Positions 61,852 through 64,000 of a DNA stretch of 64,000 bases are shown piece by piece. Position 1 is the first letter of the stretch; each line of letters begins with the position of its first letter. The notes below the pieces were generated by a model. It was not told the DNA's origin and searched no databases. It was given only the letters and a program-made list of their open reading frames with translations. This stretch comes from Candidatus Zhuqueibacterota bacterium. GTDB taxonomy: Bacteria > Zhuqueibacterota > Zhuqueibacteria > Thermofontimicrobiales > Sulfurfontimicrobiaceae. The stretch spans positions 20,580-84,579 of the forward strand of contig JAFGMA010000235.1 of NCBI GenBank assembly GCA_016927835.1, written 5' to 3'. The position numbers were made by a program, and so were the translations under genes.

Positions 61852-62491
61852 CCGGAAAAACTCCTAAAATTGTCTGACCTGCAATTGTCTTTTGACCTTC
61901 TTTTACCTGAAGTTCAACAGCCAGCGGAAGAAAAATATCGACTCTGGAACCGAATTTGATCAAACCAAATCTGCGTCCAATTTCAACCGATTGATTCTTC
62001 TCCAGGTCGCAAATAATTCTCCTGGCAAATACTCCGGCTATTTGTTTAAATAACACTTTCCCCGAATTACCGTCTATGCCGATGATGGCTTGCTCATTCT
62101 CTGCGGAAGCTTCGGGTCGATAGGCTGCCCAAAATTTTCCTTTTAATTTTTGAAGGTATGCGATTTTTCCTGAAATGGGTATTCTATTCACGTGGACATT
62201 GAAAGGTGACATAAAAATGCTGATTTTAGTAGAAGCAGCTCGCATAAACATGTTTTCCTGCTCCCGTTCAATCGTGAGAATTTTTCCGTCAGCCGGCGCG
62301 AGAACTATCCCTTCACCGCCAGGTACTGCTCTTTCAGGATCTCGAAAGAAAAATAACACAAATGCAAAGCAAGACCATGCCAGCCCTGCAAGAATGGAGA
62401 TCGCCGGATATCCTGAAAGCACCGCCCCTGTCGTACTAATCAAAGCCAGGCAAAACAACCATATTGCCGGAATCCAAACATGCTTTGCCAA
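61823..62491 (-). CDS. psd: Phosphatidylserine decarboxylase proenzyme
   Basis: FFFRDPER, APADG, IFMSPFNVHVNR, QIAG..ARRI, FGSRV cleavage motif. Confidence 0.94.
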   Translation of the reverse strand: MAKHVWIPAIWLFCLALISTTGAVLSGYPAISILAGLAWSCFAFVLFFFRDPERAVPGGEGIVLAPADGKILTIEREQENMFMRAASTKISIFMSPFNVHVNRIPISGKIAYLQKLKGKFWAAYRPEASAENEQAIIGIDGNSGKVLFKQIAGVFARRIICDLEKNQSVEIGRRFGLIKFGSRVDIFLPLAVELQVKEGQKTIAGQTILGVFPDGETKSKAE

Positions 62492-62526
62492 TCTTTCCTC
62501 CCAAAGTTGCTGCTAATCGGAATTGC

Positions 62527-63258
62527 CTATTCGGCGCTGCTCATAAGCCGTCCTATAAGTGCTTCGCAATACTCAATCGCTTTGGATGAGTCACCAGCAA
62601 AAACGGCTGCATCATAGTTGATGTCGGTATTCAAATCCAGAACCCGCATCGAATCGAAAACGAAACCATCTGCGAGATAAAGATTCTCCTGAAACCTGCC
62701 AAATTTGAATGAAAAATCAAGCAATTGTAAATGGCGCCGTGCGAAAAGAGATTTTAAAACCGCATTTATTTTTGATGACTGCCTTTCAATCAGTTTCATC
62801 TCCTCGGCACTCACCAGACCCAACGCCAGCACATGCCATCTGTTGATCATCAAATCCTGGTTTTCACTATCTTTAACATAATATTCCAAAATCTGGCTTC
62901 GCAAATGTTTCGTATCATCCAGTTGAAGCTTCTCGCGGATTTTACCGCCCATCACATTCCTGACTACCACAGTAAAAGGAATTTCATCAACATTTTTTAA
63001 CAACTGCCTCGAATCCGAAGTGGCTTTTATGAAGGCAGTAGGGATATGGTAATTTTCCAGGTACCTAAAAAGGAACGTGGAAATCATGCAATTAACTTTT
63101 CCTTTTCCAGGTATGGCTTTGATAATCTCGCCAGCTTCATCAACAACATTGTCTGTGAAATTTACCGAAAGCTGTTCTGAATTTTCTGCTATCTGATAGG
63201 TTTTTATTTTGTCGCTATCAAATTTATTTCCCACATCAAACCTCGCAATCTTCAACAT
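62527..63258 (-). CDS. purC: SAICAR synthetase (PurC)-fold protein with degenerate active site
   Basis: GKG..N..IS..LF, IP..VVVRN, DF...FG and LAD scaffold; adjacent to purB; several catalytic residues substituted. Confidence 0.7.
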   Translation of the reverse strand: MLKIARFDVGNKFDSDKIKTYQIAENSEQLSVNFTDNVVDEAGEIIKAIPGKGKVNCMISTFLFRYLENYHIPTAFIKATSDSRQLLKNVDEIPFTVVVRNVMGGKIREKLQLDDTKHLRSQILEYYVKDSENQDLMINRWHVLALGLVSAEEMKLIERQSSKINAVLKSLFARRHLQLLDFSFKFGRFQENLYLADGFVFDSMRVLDLNTDINYDAAVFAGDSSKAIEYCEALIGRLMSSAE

Positions 63259-63325
63259 ATTTTTAAAATAGTACAAAATATAGTAAATTTTTTGATGATG
63301 TCCAAATAAAAAAATGAAGAACAAC

Positions 63326-63369
63326 GTAATGCTTCAGTTATTGATTCTTTACATGGTTTACGATGCCTC
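63326..63369 (+). repeat. Truncated fourth copy of the dispersed repeat (no hairpin)
   Basis: gtaatgcttcagttattgattctttacatggtttacgatgcctc. Confidence 0.7.
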
Positions 63370-63388
63370 GCGGTACGATAGACTCAAT

Positions 63389-64000
63389 TCACCCCACAGC
63401 CTCCAGACCTACGCGCTTAAAAATCGTATTTACATGTCGCAAGGCATGCTTCAGATCAAAACAGGCTGAAATCTCTTCCGGTGTTAGCACGGTATTTATC
63501 TCTGCATCCGCAGCGAGAAGCGTTTCCAGCGTATCGGTTCCTTGCCACACCTTCATCGCATTTCGCTGGACAAGTTGATAGGCTTTTTCGCGGCTCAAAT
63601 CCTTCTCAATCAGCGCCAGCAATACCGCCTGTGAAAAAATGAGTCCTCGTGTTTTATTCAGATTTATCATCATATTATCAGGATATACCAGCAAATTTTC
63701 AATAACATTTGTGGTTAGTGTAAGAATGTAATTCAGCAGAATCGTACTATCCGGCACGATAATCCGCTCAACCGAAGAATGGGAAATATCCCGCTCGTGC
63801 CACAATGCAACATTTTCCATAGCCGTATGCGCATTGCCGCGCAGGAGTCGCGCTAATCCGGTGATGCGTTCACAGGTAATGGGATTTCGCTTGTGCGGCA
63901 TAGCTGACGATCCTTTTTGTCCCTTGCCAAAATATTCTTCGGCTTCCAGAATTTCGGTCCGCTGGAGGCTTCGGATTTCAATCGCGATTTTTTCGAGGGA
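63389..64000 (-). CDS. purB: Adenylosuccinate lyase, C-terminal part; start lies beyond the window
   Basis: KGSSAMPHKRNP signature and LWHERDISHSSVER; the frame stays open to the window edge. Confidence 0.96.
   Translation of the reverse strand, partial: SLEKIAIEIRSLQRTEILEAEEYFGKGQKGSSAMPHKRNPITCERITGLARLLRGNAHTAMENVALWHERDISHSSVERIIVPDSTILLNYILTLTTNVIENLLVYPDNMMINLNKTRGLIFSQAVLLALIEKDLSREKAYQLVQRNAMKVWQGTDTLETLLAADAEINTVLTPEEISACFDLKHALRHVNTIFKRVGLEAVG

Overview
Gene-dense bacterial chromosomal window with mid-range GC. The GWxTD protein, DUF4097, many TPR proteins, SpoIIE/STAS signalling genes and Bacteroidota-type oadA suggest an anaerobic FCB-group organism such as KSB1 or Calditrichota (inference). 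The left ~16 kb is accessory and catabolic: partial GH38 mannosidase, a TM-NB-ARC-TPR STAND protein, a serine hydrolase, a glycyl radical enzyme, iorA, ALDH, GH78 rhamnosidase and a URO-D-like protein. The middle holds rlmD, oadGAB, TPR proteins, a HAMP-GAF-PP2C gene with two TPR lipoprotein genes, and a GWxTD protein. The right part is mostly housekeeping (purA, secDF, gcvH, accBC, gatAB, tatA x2, pssA, psd, purC-like, purB) and also carries a PP2C-FHA-Ser/Thr kinase module and phoD. No rRNA, tRNA, CRISPR array or transposase was seen. Best leads: the glycyl radical enzyme with a non-canonical GCSQ loop, the PP2C plus twin TPR-lipoprotein operon, the kinase/FHA/PP2C module with inverted topology, a catalytically degenerate PurC, the membrane-anchored STAND protein, and a dispersed ~80-bp intergenic repeat family. 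All calls come from motif recognition by eye; no database search was run.
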